This document shows, one piece after another, positions 9,222 to 18,980 of a DNA stretch of 54,146 bases. Both the position numbers and the translations under genes were made by a program. The DNA lies in assembly GCA_001804915.1 (NCBI GenBank), contig MHDI01000083.1, positions 1 to 54,146 on the forward strand, given 5' to 3'. Source of the DNA: Nitrospinae bacterium RIFCSPHIGHO2_02_FULL_39_82. GTDB lineage: Bacteria; Nitrospinota; Nitrospinia; UBA9942. Under the pieces are notes generated by a model that searched no databases, was not told where the DNA came from, and saw nothing but the letters and a program-made list of their open reading frames with translations. Position 1 is the stretch's first letter, and every line of letters starts with the position of its first letter.

Positions 9222-10508
9222 ATGAAAAAGTTAAAGGCTATTTTGGGATTTTCCCTTTCAATTTTTATCTTATTTGTAACAGCCTCAAATGTAAATGCAA
9301 TAACTGCGTGGGGGAGAAAGTATGGGGTAAGCTGTAATGTCTGTCATATTGCAGGTTATAAACTAACATATGCGGGGCAGCAGTTTTTAAGACACGGGCA
9401 TCAGTTGCCCGGGGCTGAATCAAAAGAGGCAAACATGTCTGACTATTTCTCAATAACAATGAAAATCCGTGCATGGGATAAAAATACCACAGTTCAGCAA
9501 TCAGGAACTGCAGACGCAATTACGACAAAAAATTCCTTTGAGGCGCATGCATTAAGCGTATATTCAGGTGGTCCCCTTGACAGCGGTTTTACATATTTTA
9601 CAGAGATGTATCTGCACGAAAATGAACGGAAAAACCCAGCGGAAAATTATGAAGCAACCGAGTCTGATATGGGTGACTGGGCGAGGTCAAAATTGGCAGA
9701 GGCTTATCTTCAATACGGATATGAAAAAGATGATTTATATTTCACTGCAAGGGCAGGACGAATAATGCCGTGGCTGATACATCTGCATGGTGGCGGTGCG
9801 AGATTAGAATACTCAAGACCATTACCTTTAACTTCAACAGTTGGAGATAACCCTTACCGCCCGTTTTCAAGACAATTTGGTGTAGGTGCCGGTGTCGGCT
9901 ATGGAGAGCTGTTCTTTGAAGCTGGCGTAGTAAATGGGACAGGAAAATATGAAAATACTGTTGAGATCGGAACTGACAAGGCTAAGGACATATATGCATC
10001 CCTTGATTATTCCATTGGGGATAACGGCAGTATGGTTGGATTATATTATTATAATGGCCAGTATCCATTAGATTTATCATATATTCAAAAAGATTTAACT
10101 ACTTTAAAAAAGGCTGAAACCGCTGATAAATTCAATCAGATAGGTATAATGGGGCAATATGTAGCCGAATATGGCGCTTTAATCGCAGCATATTTTAATG
10201 GTTCGGATTCGTATACACCCCTTAATGGAACTTCTGAGACTACATACAAATCTCAAAGCTACTATGCTGAACTTCAGGGCTACTTTAATGATGGTGCCCT
10301 TTCACCCTATTTAAGATGGGAGTACTTTGACCCGGATACAGACAAGTCTGACAGCAGTGAAAAGTCAGGACCTGTACTTGGAATCCATTGGAAACCATTT
10401 GAGCATGGAAGATTTGTGCTGGAGGCATCAAACTATACTACTGCCAACTCTTCAACCAAAAAGACAATAGAAAGAGATATAACATTAGAGGTGCAGTTTA
10501 TGTTCTAA
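9222..10508 (+). CDS. predicted outer-membrane beta-barrel protein with N-terminal CxxCH haem-c motif
   Basis: Signal peptide MKKLKAILGFSLSIFILFVTASNVNA (the ORF track starts at 9189, but the internal Met is the more plausible start). CNVCH lies at mature residues about 12-16. Alternating amphipathic Tyr/Gly-rich strands and a C-terminal ...LEVQFMF ending in Phe are typical of OMP barrels. Confidence 0.5.
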   Translation: MKKLKAILGFSLSIFILFVTASNVNAITAWGRKYGVSCNVCHIAGYKLTYAGQQFLRHGHQLPGAESKEANMSDYFSITMKIRAWDKNTTVQQSGTADAITTKNSFEAHALSVYSGGPLDSGFTYFTEMYLHENERKNPAENYEATESDMGDWARSKLAEAYLQYGYEKDDLYFTARAGRIMPWLIHLHGGGARLEYSRPLPLTSTVGDNPYRPFSRQFGVGAGVGYGELFFEAGVVNGTGKYENTVEIGTDKAKDIYASLDYSIGDNGSMVGLYYYNGQYPLDLSYIQKDLTTLKKAETADKFNQIGIMGQYVAEYGALIAAYFNGSDSYTPLNGTSETTYKSQSYYAELQGYFNDGALSPYLRWEYFDPDTDKSDSSEKSGPVLGIHWKPFEHGRFVLEASNYTTANSSTKKTIERDITLEVQFMF

Positions 10509-10577
10509 TGCCCAATCTCCCTCTCCCTCTATAAAAGGGGTGAGGGAGAAAGAGGGACGAATTTTATAGGAGGAACA

Positions 10578-10922
10578 ATGTTTAGTAAAAATGGAGAAAC
10601 AAAACTAATTCTTTTATGTTCAGTGATTTTTATGCTCCTTGTCTCATTTGCAACTGCCACAGAGGATGGTAAGAAGATTTATGAAAAGAAGTGTACCACA
10701 TGCCATGGAAAAGAGGGGAAAGGTAATGCAGCACTGTTAAAGACGCTCAAAGTTAATGCATCCCTTCTTGACCTGCTGGACAAAGGGACACTGGAAAAAT
10801 CGGATGAGGAGCTTATATCCATAATCTCTAAGGGGATAAACAAGATGCCTGCCTATGGAAAAAATTTAAAGGATGAAGAGATAAAGGATGTTATATCCTA
10901 CATTCGTTCTTTAGTAAAATAG
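10578..10922 (+). CDS. class I monohaem cytochrome c (c553/c6-like)
   Basis: Signal peptide. Single CTTCH haem motif and distal Met ligand region KMPAYG. 114 aa. Confidence 0.75.
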   Translation: MFSKNGETKLILLCSVIFMLLVSFATATEDGKKIYEKKCTTCHGKEGKGNAALLKTLKVNASLLDLLDKGTLEKSDEELISIISKGINKMPAYGKNLKDEEIKDVISYIRSLVK

Positions 10923-10992
10923 TGCTGACAATGCCTATACCTCCGTTATGCATCGGATACACAAGAAATAAGAAAGAGACACCTAACTGAAA

Positions 10993-12450
10993 TCACATCT
11001 TTGCAGTACATACCCTGTTTCTACCGCTCTTTTTTGCATCGTAGAGGGCATCATCTGCCATTTTTATCAACTCAAGTTTATCATTAACATTGTCACTCAA
11101 TTTTGCTACTCCCATACTGATAGTTACCTTTAATGGCTCTTTTTCTGCTTTGAAGTTATGAGATTCCATAAGTTTTCTTATCTTCTCAGCTATATTAACT
11201 GCATTATTAATATTTGTATTGGGTAATATTGTAGCAAATTCCTCTCCGCCATATCGGGCAGGAAAATCTATCTTACGAATATTCTCTTTAATAATAGATG
11301 CAACCTCTTTAAGGACACTGTCTCCCTGAAGATGTCCATAGGTATCGTTAATTAATTTAAAATGGTCTATATCCATCACAATCAATGACAAGGCACTATT
11401 AGACCTTCTCCCCCTTTCAATCTCCCTATCAAAGACTTCAAGGAAATAACGTTTATTGTAAAGACCTGTAAGACCGTCTGTTATAGATAATTCCTTTGTC
11501 TCGTCATATAAAAGCATTAACTTAATAACCATAGAAAAATCATGGGCAAGAAGGTGAATAATATTTTCAGACTCCTGCGTAAAGGTATTCCGCATTACAG
11601 CAAAGAAAAATAGATAACCAATGCATTCATTATAGATATTTAATGGGACAATTATTTGCGAGGCTATCTTATTAATCGTCTTATTGTCTATTCCCATACT
11701 GCCCCTGATAAAATAAGTTTCACAATCTCTCTCTTTGCTATCCTTAATACCAAAAGTGCATAAATGATTTTTTATCGTATCTATATCTTCATCTGATAAA
11801 GGCTGTTTCAAATCAAAATACAGACTCGTCTTATTGGCATTAAGAAGACAGATACATAGACCTGAATAATCAATAAGGCTATTTGCAAGAACTGTAAGCT
11901 CTTTCAAAAGGTCATCTCTGCTGTAAATAAAATTAGCGAGGTGCCTTGCCTCATTAGAAAGTGTTGACTCAAAGAGCAGCTTATCGAGAAGTCTATTCAC
12001 ATTAGACTTTATCATCTTCCAATCCGCATCTTTTTTTGAGTCGGTAACATTGATTTTTCTATCCCCGGCCGGTTGAACAATCTTATTCAGAAGTTGATTA
12101 ACAGCCTCTTTTAAAGGAGATAATTCTGAGCTTTTAACTATATATTGGTCTGCCCCTGCCCGTATTCCCCAGAATCTGTCCTGTCTCTGGTCTAAACTGG
12201 TGAGGAGGATTATAGGAATATGGACAGTCTTTTTGTCATTTTTCAAGAGTCTGCACAACTGGTAGCCATTTAACTCCGGCATCATTATATCTGAAATAAT
12301 AAGGTCTGGTTTATCTGAAAACGCCCTGCTGACACCCTCCAATCCGTCGCTGGCAGTTATAACTTCAAATCCTTCCTTTTCAAATGCCATCTGGAGACTA
12401 ACGAGCTGTGTCCTGCTATCATCAACAATCAATATCTGTTTACCATCCAT
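10993..12450 (-). CDS. response regulator receiver - (middle domain) - GGDEF diguanylate cyclase
   Basis: N-terminal REC (ILIVDDS ... DLIISDIMMP ... K). C-terminal GGDEF with an intact RYGGEEF active-site motif and RxxD-like region. Last gene of the chemosensory operon, analogous to WspR. Confidence 0.85.
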   Translation of the reverse strand: MDGKQILIVDDSRTQLVSLQMAFEKEGFEVITASDGLEGVSRAFSDKPDLIISDIMMPELNGYQLCRLLKNDKKTVHIPIILLTSLDQRQDRFWGIRAGADQYIVKSSELSPLKEAVNQLLNKIVQPAGDRKINVTDSKKDADWKMIKSNVNRLLDKLLFESTLSNEARHLANFIYSRDDLLKELTVLANSLIDYSGLCICLLNANKTSLYFDLKQPLSDEDIDTIKNHLCTFGIKDSKERDCETYFIRGSMGIDNKTINKIASQIIVPLNIYNECIGYLFFFAVMRNTFTQESENIIHLLAHDFSMVIKLMLLYDETKELSITDGLTGLYNKRYFLEVFDREIERGRRSNSALSLIVMDIDHFKLINDTYGHLQGDSVLKEVASIIKENIRKIDFPARYGGEEFATILPNTNINNAVNIAEKIRKLMESHNFKAEKEPLKVTISMGVAKLSDNVNDKLELIKMADDALYDAKKSGRNRVCTAKM

Positions 12451-12531
12451 ATAGCTACCTGTTTTTTACCTATTTTCCGTTTTTCCAATTTTATTTTGCA
12501 TTTCCCATCCTGATTAATTAGTGTGAATTAA

Positions 12532-13608
12532 TCAATTTTTTGTTATGCCCCATTTATTTATCTCTCTGGGAATCTCTTCTACAGAACATACCTTCGTTGA
12601 TGCACCATTTTCAATTGCTGCCTTCGGCATACCAAAGATGGCTGAACTCGCCTCGTTCTGGGAAATTGTCACCCCCCCTGCCTTTCTGATTGCCATCATA
12701 CCATTTGCACCGTCATTGCCCATGCCTGTCAACACAATCCCCAGACATTTATCCTTATACGCTAAAGCTGCTGACTCCATCAAAAAGTTAATAGAAGGCC
12801 TATGTCCTAAAATTGGAGGCGTATTACTTAAAAACAATTTTCTATGTTTGGTTATTCCAAGGTGATGATAATCAGGGGCAAAATAGACAAAACCTTTTCG
12901 GATATCTTCGTTATCTTTTCCTACTTTTATCTTCAGCTGACAATTCTTCTGCAACCATTCAATAAGCCCATTTACAAAACCATATGCAATATGTTGAGTA
13001 ATAACTATGGGAAAAGGAAAGAGGAGAGAAATTTCTTTGAGAATATAGTTTAGCACCGGCGGACCTCCGGTTGAGGCACCTATAACCAGAACTCCATCCT
13101 GTGATTTTTCGCCAGCATTTTTTATATTATTATCTTTTTTAAAAGGGATATCTGCCTTTTTCTTCCTTTTATCTATGGAGATATCCAAATATTTACTGAT
13201 TCTTTTAAAAGGACGGAACTTGGCTACCGTTTTAACACCCCTGATAAGTTCCTCCCCGATTATCTGGAGGGGAACTCCTTCTTTCTGTCTTGGTTTTTCT
13301 ATGACATCAAGGGCCCCTGCCTTTAAGGCATTAAAACCTATATCAAGTTCACTTTTAACCAGAGAGCTTACAACCAATATGGAAGTGGGTATATTTTCCA
13401 TAATATATTCAGTCGCCTCAAGGCCATTCATAACAGGCATATGTATATCCATAGTAATTACATCAGGTCTCAGGAGCTTTGTCTTCTCAATACATTCACG
13501 ACCATCTTTTGCCAATCCAACGACCTGTATCTCTGAATCAGAATTCAGTATCATCTTTATAAATTCTGAAGATAGCTTTGAATCTTCTGTAATCAATACC
13601 CTTATCAT
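12532..13608 (-). CDS. cheB: chemotaxis response regulator protein-glutamate methylesterase CheB
   Basis: REC domain (IRVLITEDS ... DVITMDIHMP) followed by a CheB methylesterase domain (GASTGGP, catalytic region). Confidence 0.9.
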   Translation of the reverse strand: MIRVLITEDSKLSSEFIKMILNSDSEIQVVGLAKDGRECIEKTKLLRPDVITMDIHMPVMNGLEATEYIMENIPTSILVVSSLVKSELDIGFNALKAGALDVIEKPRQKEGVPLQIIGEELIRGVKTVAKFRPFKRISKYLDISIDKRKKKADIPFKKDNNIKNAGEKSQDGVLVIGASTGGPPVLNYILKEISLLFPFPIVITQHIAYGFVNGLIEWLQKNCQLKIKVGKDNEDIRKGFVYFAPDYHHLGITKHRKLFLSNTPPILGHRPSINFLMESAALAYKDKCLGIVLTGMGNDGANGMMAIRKAGGVTISQNEASSAIFGMPKAAIENGASTKVCSVEEIPREINKWGITKN

Positions 13609-16298
13609 ATCAACCTCTTTATCGTCTCAAGAAGATTAGACTGGTCAAAGGAACTCTTGACAATATATGCATCAGCCCCTACTTCTATCCCCTTTTTTTT
13701 ATCCTCCATTGATTCAAGAGCTGTAACAAGGATAACAGGAATATGTTTATATTTTTCGCTCTGCTTTATCTCTTCTGTCAATTCCAATCCATTCATGTTA
13801 GGCATCTGAACATCGCTGACGATAATATCAAAATCCCTGTTTTGAAGTTTTAAAAGGGCATCCTGCCCATCAACAGCCATTTCAACATAATATCCATAAG
13901 ATTCAATAATATTCTTTTCAAGGGTTCTTGTCATAAGAGAATCATCAACTACCAGAACTGACAATTCTTTTTCTATTTCTTCCCTCTTTCCCCTCTTCTT
14001 CGGTGAGGCTATTCCCCTTAGTTGAACGGTATTAATTATATCGGTAACATTAAGGACAGGGGCAATATTGCCATCACGCATAATTGTTACACCTGATACA
14101 TTCCTGACCCTTCTCATATAATTCCCAAGTCCTTTAATAAGTATCTTCTCTTCGCCCATAAATTTTTCTATACCAAGGGCTGCAAGGTTTTCTCCAGACC
14201 TCAAAACAACAACAGGTCTTTTTACATCAGTATAATCCCCGCCTTCCTCTTCAGGAATCTCAAGTACTGAGGATAAACGAACATATGGGATAAATGAGTT
14301 AAAATAATGCAATGCCGGAAAACCTTCAACAATCGGTAAGTCATCTTCTGATATACTGATTATCCTCTCCACCATAGCTACAGGCAGAAAATATATCCCG
14401 TCAGAAACTGATATCTTAAGGGATTGAGTTGTGCTTAATGTCAGAGGAATTGTCATTGCAAATGTGGTCCCTTTGTTTTTTACAATTTCTATATCTATAG
14501 TCCCATTCAGCTTTTCAATATTATCCTTAACCACATCCATCCCAACACCCCTTCCAGAAATATCCGTAATAATATCACTGGTAGAAAAACCCTGATGAAA
14601 AATGATATTCAGTATCTGCCTTTCTTTCATCAGGCTGAGTTCTCTTTCAGAGTAAAGCCCCTTTTTGATAGCAGATGTTTTTATCTTTTCTATATCAATC
14701 CCTTTACCATCATCTGAAATCTTAATAAGGGCATTATTCCCTTTATAAGAAACATCTACACGGATAGTCCCTTCCTCTCTCTTTCCGAGTTTGACCCTCT
14801 CCTCAGGTATTTCAATTCCATGGTCAATGCAATTCCGAATTACATGCATCAGAGGGTCCTTAATTTCTTCAAGTATAAATTTATCCAACTCAACATCCTC
14901 TCCTGAGACCTTTAATTTTATCCTCTTCTTTAAAGAGGCTGAGAGGTCTCTCACCATCCTCGGGAACAGGTCCAGAACAGTCTTTATGGGGAAGATTCTC
15001 GTCTTCTTCACATCATCCTGTAGTTTTTCTATTATATTGGATAACTGCCGGTAATCATCATAAAATGTCCTGTAGAGCGATTCAATCCGTTCAGATATAA
15101 AAGAAAACTTCTCTCTTAACTGGGAGGTGTGATTATTATCTGCAGGGAATTTATCTATATCCAGCCTTTTATGACCGCCCCCTTTCTTAATAATCCTGCC
15201 CAGTGTATTAAAGTCCTCAATTATAGACTGAATATCCATAAGACGCTGGTGTGCCCTCAATGTCATAATTATCAATTCGCTGGTTTGCTCCATAAGATTG
15301 TCAAGCTTTTCAAAACTAATTCTCACGGTGCCTTTTTGCTGGGTGGTTCCGTGGAGGGGGGGTATTTTATTTCCGGCAGGTGTTGTCCCAATGTTTAAGG
15401 TCTTTGGCTTTTTTACATCTCCATCTTCTGATTTTTTGAGAGAGGTTATTAAAGAATCTATAGAAGAGAGGACACCTTTGAAATCAGGAGTGGTCTTAGT
15501 CTCTCCTCCTGTTTCTATCTGGTCTATAAAGGTCTTTATGAAATCAGCTCCTCTAAGTAGTGTGGTAATCACACCAGAGGTAATCTGAATCCTTTTATCT
15601 AAAATCCCCTCTACAGCACGTTCTATAGAAAATGAAATGTCCCCCATATCTTTATGCTTTATAATTCTGGCACTCCCCTTAAGGGCGTGTGCCTGTTCGT
15701 AGGCATTCTCTATCTCCTTTCTATCGTCAGGGTTCTTTTCAATTTTAACTAAACTATCTATCAGCATTTGAATTGCATCATCTGTCTCCTGCAAAAAGAG
15801 GTTGACATCCCTGTCACCACCCGAGTCTTCAAAAGATTCAGTGGATTTTTTCACATCAGAATCTGCCCCTTGATTTTCTGACTGTATATTATGTATATGA
15901 CCTTCTGAAACCTCTGTTAATTGATTAAGAAGCAGGGGAATCCCTGTCTCTCCTTCTTCTACACCGGTTTTAGAAATCCTGTTGACAATCAATCCTACAG
16001 TATCAAGGCTCTTCAAAATGAGGCTGATAATTTCACGGGAAAGGGGTATTTCATTTTTCTTTATTTTTCCAAGGATGGTCTCCATCTTATGAGCTATATT
16101 TTCAATGGAGGTAAAACCTAACATCCTTGCTGCACCTTTCAGGCTGTGTACCTCACGAAAGACCTCTTCAATCAGACCTGATTGGTCAGGATTTTCGTCA
16201 AGGGAGATAAGACCTGAATTTAATTTCTGGATGTGTTCATCACACTCTATTTTGAAAATCCCGAAAAGCCTGTTAAAATCCTCTCTGCTTAAATCCAT
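13605..16298 (-). CDS. cheA: hybrid histidine kinase CheA with C-terminal receiver domain
   Basis: Two Hpt-like regions (HSLKGAARMLGF, AHALKGSARII), HATPase_c, a CheW-like domain, and a C-terminal REC (LVVDDSLMTR ... DIIVSDVQMP). 4-bp overlap with cheB. Confidence 0.9.
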   Translation of the reverse strand: MDLSREDFNRLFGIFKIECDEHIQKLNSGLISLDENPDQSGLIEEVFREVHSLKGAARMLGFTSIENIAHKMETILGKIKKNEIPLSREIISLILKSLDTVGLIVNRISKTGVEEGETGIPLLLNQLTEVSEGHIHNIQSENQGADSDVKKSTESFEDSGGDRDVNLFLQETDDAIQMLIDSLVKIEKNPDDRKEIENAYEQAHALKGSARIIKHKDMGDISFSIERAVEGILDKRIQITSGVITTLLRGADFIKTFIDQIETGGETKTTPDFKGVLSSIDSLITSLKKSEDGDVKKPKTLNIGTTPAGNKIPPLHGTTQQKGTVRISFEKLDNLMEQTSELIIMTLRAHQRLMDIQSIIEDFNTLGRIIKKGGGHKRLDIDKFPADNNHTSQLREKFSFISERIESLYRTFYDDYRQLSNIIEKLQDDVKKTRIFPIKTVLDLFPRMVRDLSASLKKRIKLKVSGEDVELDKFILEEIKDPLMHVIRNCIDHGIEIPEERVKLGKREEGTIRVDVSYKGNNALIKISDDGKGIDIEKIKTSAIKKGLYSERELSLMKERQILNIIFHQGFSTSDIITDISGRGVGMDVVKDNIEKLNGTIDIEIVKNKGTTFAMTIPLTLSTTQSLKISVSDGIYFLPVAMVERIISISEDDLPIVEGFPALHYFNSFIPYVRLSSVLEIPEEEGGDYTDVKRPVVVLRSGENLAALGIEKFMGEEKILIKGLGNYMRRVRNVSGVTIMRDGNIAPVLNVTDIINTVQLRGIASPKKRGKREEIEKELSVLVVDDSLMTRTLEKNIIESYGYYVEMAVDGQDALLKLQNRDFDIIVSDVQMPNMNGLELTEEIKQSEKYKHIPVILVTALESMEDKKKGIEVGADAYIVKSSFDQSNLLETIKRLI

Positions 16299-16323
16299 TT
16301 TCCTCTCCTGACATCTGATTCAA

Positions 16324-17907
16324 TCATACATCACTTTCAGAATCCATACCCTCATCCATAAGCTCCTCCGTCTCCTTCTGAATCTCACGCCTCATTTTTC
16401 TTCTATCTACAAGTTTTTGGAGCTGCTGAATGATAACGATATAATCCTTGGTAGCAGTACTTGACTCATGCATACCCCTGTTAATCTGAACCATAGCCTG
16501 CTCTACCTGCTCGGTTGCAGACGATTCCTGACGGGATGCAATGGCAATTTCATTTGCAGCCTCGGCTGTGGATTTTATTGTATTTATAGCATTATTGATT
16601 GTTGAACCTGCCTCCATAACATGATTTACCCCGATATCCACCTTTTTCCCACCTTCTTCAGTAGTCATAACCGTAGTGTTGACAGAGTCCTGAATATCAT
16701 GAATCAGAGAGGCAATTTTTTCTGTTGCCTTTTTACTCTGGTCTGAAAGAGAGCGAACCTCGGAGGCAACAACAGCAAACCCCCTCCCCTGCTCACCTGC
16801 CTTTGCAGCCTCAATCGCAGCATTTACGGCAAGCATATCAGTTTTGTTGGCAATATCCTCAACTACATTAATGATTGCCCCAATCTGATTGGTCTTTTCG
16901 CTGAGGGTCAAAACATTTTCTGCAATATCTGTTACCTTCTTTTTTATCAAATTCATCTCGGAGATGCTATTCTCAACTGCCTTCTGTCCCTCGTAAGTTA
17001 CAGAAAGTGCCTCATTGGCTTGACTTGATAATGATTCTGCCCTCGCACTGATTTGTTTGGATGATACATTCAATTCTTCAATAGCTGCGGTAATCTGGTT
17101 AACTGCTGTTGCCTGCTGAGAGGTAATTTTATCCTGGTTATCCGCCGCATTTGATATCTTGAAGATTGCCCTTGTCAAGGGTTTTATTATTTCCCTGTTT
17201 ATCAAAATATTCATAATAATACCAACCAAAACTATAACAATAAATACTGAAACAACCGCCCACAGAATACTACTCCTTATGTTATTAACTAATTCCCTCT
17301 TGGAAATTGATATCTGAAGGATGCCGCGAACAGGGTTTTTATCATAATCATGACATGCATCACAACGTTCATCCTTAATAATTGGAATAAGCCTTGTATT
17401 AACAGGCTCACCATTCATCTCTTCCTCATAGGATACCTCAATTTTACTATCTATCACTTTCTTAAGTCTCTGGATATTCTCTTCCTCAAATTCTTTTGGG
17501 GGCTCAGAAACAGCCTTCCGTGGAAATGTCTCACTTCCAAGATATTTATTGACATCATTAACAGTCTCATTATCAATAAATGCCTCTACACCGCTTTTGC
17601 GGAAAATTCTTATTTTCTTGAGGCCGGGAGTATTTCTAACCTCGGCAAGCCAATCCCTGACAATTTCTGCATTGCCTGATACCATTATAACCTTAACCCC
17701 CTTGGAGATTGCAGAAGAGAGAAAATCTACTTTACCCTCTTCAATCCTTTTCATATCTCTGATATTGCCTTTAATAGAAAAAACAGATATGATGCCAAGC
17801 CCGATAGCGAGGGTTAATGTTATAATAACCATTAGCTGCCGCTGCACCTTATTTTTACTGAAATATGAAGATAATTTCATAATTTTCCTCCCTTTAAACC
17901 TCCTCAT
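16324..17907 (-). CDS. methyl-accepting chemotaxis protein with CxxCH (haem-c) periplasmic sensor domain
   Basis: TM1 at about aa 25-45 and TM2 at about aa 213-235. CDACH motif between them at about aa 183-187 (nt about 17350-17364). C-terminal MCP signalling domain (LAVNAAIEAAKAGEQGRGFAVVASEVR). Confidence 0.85.
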   Translation of the reverse strand: MRRFKGRKIMKLSSYFSKNKVQRQLMVIITLTLAIGLGIISVFSIKGNIRDMKRIEEGKVDFLSSAISKGVKVIMVSGNAEIVRDWLAEVRNTPGLKKIRIFRKSGVEAFIDNETVNDVNKYLGSETFPRKAVSEPPKEFEEENIQRLKKVIDSKIEVSYEEEMNGEPVNTRLIPIIKDERCDACHDYDKNPVRGILQISISKRELVNNIRSSILWAVVSVFIVIVLVGIIMNILINREIIKPLTRAIFKISNAADNQDKITSQQATAVNQITAAIEELNVSSKQISARAESLSSQANEALSVTYEGQKAVENSISEMNLIKKKVTDIAENVLTLSEKTNQIGAIINVVEDIANKTDMLAVNAAIEAAKAGEQGRGFAVVASEVRSLSDQSKKATEKIASLIHDIQDSVNTTVMTTEEGGKKVDIGVNHVMEAGSTINNAINTIKSTAEAANEIAIASRQESSATEQVEQAMVQINRGMHESSTATKDYIVIIQQLQKLVDRRKMRREIQKETEELMDEGMDSESDV

Positions 17908-18544
17908 TTATAATCAATCTTTCATCATTAAGAAGTCCTTCAGTGTCTATTATTAAAAGAGGGGTATTATTGACACTTGCCTCATATTTTATAATTTTAT
18001 TTTTATCCTGAAAAAATGATGAAACAGGTTTAACACCATCAACGGACAATTCAATAAGACTGTCAAATCTATCTATTACAACACCTGCCCTGTTGTTTAA
18101 ATGTTCAAGAATGAGAATTTTATGCGGCAAACCTTTAGTGAATTTTGAGTCCTCATTACTGCCCATATCTTTCTGCAGCTTAAATAAAACATTCAGATTT
18201 ATAATGCTCAAAATGGTTCCTCTGTAATTTATCAATCCAGAGAGGACAGGTGAAGTGCAGGGGATTCTGGTAATAATATCATATTCATACACCTCCTTAA
18301 GATACTTTACCTCTATACCAAATAGTTCACCTGCCACATAAAAAGAGATAAACTTCAACAGGGTTTTATCATCCCTATAATCTGCTTTGGCAAGACTTAA
18401 CTTCTCGGCACGCTCCTTAAATATCCTCTCCTTCTCATCCTTTGAGACTTCCCTGATGGAGTTGGATTTTTTTTGGAGTTCTTCTGCCCTTTTTCTGAAT
18501 TTTATCCAAATAGTGTCATCCAATATCTGCATGGCAAACATCAA
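17894..18544 (-). CDS. CheW-like coupling protein (WspB/WspD-like)
   Basis: 216 aa with a CheW-like domain in the C-terminal two-thirds (FGIEVKYLKEVYEY ... GLINYRGTILSIINL). Overlaps both neighbouring genes. Confidence 0.7.
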   Translation of the reverse strand: MMFAMQILDDTIWIKFRKRAEELQKKSNSIREVSKDEKERIFKERAEKLSLAKADYRDDKTLLKFISFYVAGELFGIEVKYLKEVYEYDIITRIPCTSPVLSGLINYRGTILSIINLNVLFKLQKDMGSNEDSKFTKGLPHKILILEHLNNRAGVVIDRFDSLIELSVDGVKPVSSFFQDKNKIIKYEASVNNTPLLIIDTEGLLNDERLIINEEV

Positions 18545-18980
18545 GCCCCAGTAATTCTTCCCTTTCTTTGAGGGTTAGAATGTTATCCAAATTCAAAACG
18601 ACAGTTAACTGTTTATCAACCTGAACTGCCGCATACATATATTTGACATCAATTCCATTTAACATTTCGGGCGGAGGTATAAACTGGTCTTCATATACAT
18701 CTATAACATATAAAACCCTGTCAACAATGAGTCCTGTTATGGTGTCATGAAAATTCACAATAATGACTGTATCATTAAGTTCATCTGACTTGCTTTTCAA
18801 TCCAATACGCTTTCTTAAATCTACCACAGGGACAGCGGCTCCCCTTAAATTAATAATTCCACGGATAAAAGAGGGGAGATTTGCAAGTGGAGTAATATAT
18901 GGCAATGGTATAATCTCTTCAACATTCTTTACATCAAGGGAATAGCGGGCATTTTCTAAAAGGAATACAATGAGATTCAT
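18516..18980 (-). CDS. cheW: chemotaxis coupling protein CheW
   Basis: 154 aa, canonical CheW domain (YSLDVKNVEEII ... GIINLRGAAVPVVDLR). Confidence 0.85.
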   Translation of the reverse strand: MNLIVFLLENARYSLDVKNVEEIIPLPYITPLANLPSFIRGIINLRGAAVPVVDLRKRIGLKSKSDELNDTVIIVNFHDTITGLIVDRVLYVIDVYEDQFIPPPEMLNGIDVKYMYAAVQVDKQLTVVLNLDNILTLKEREELLGLDVCHADIG

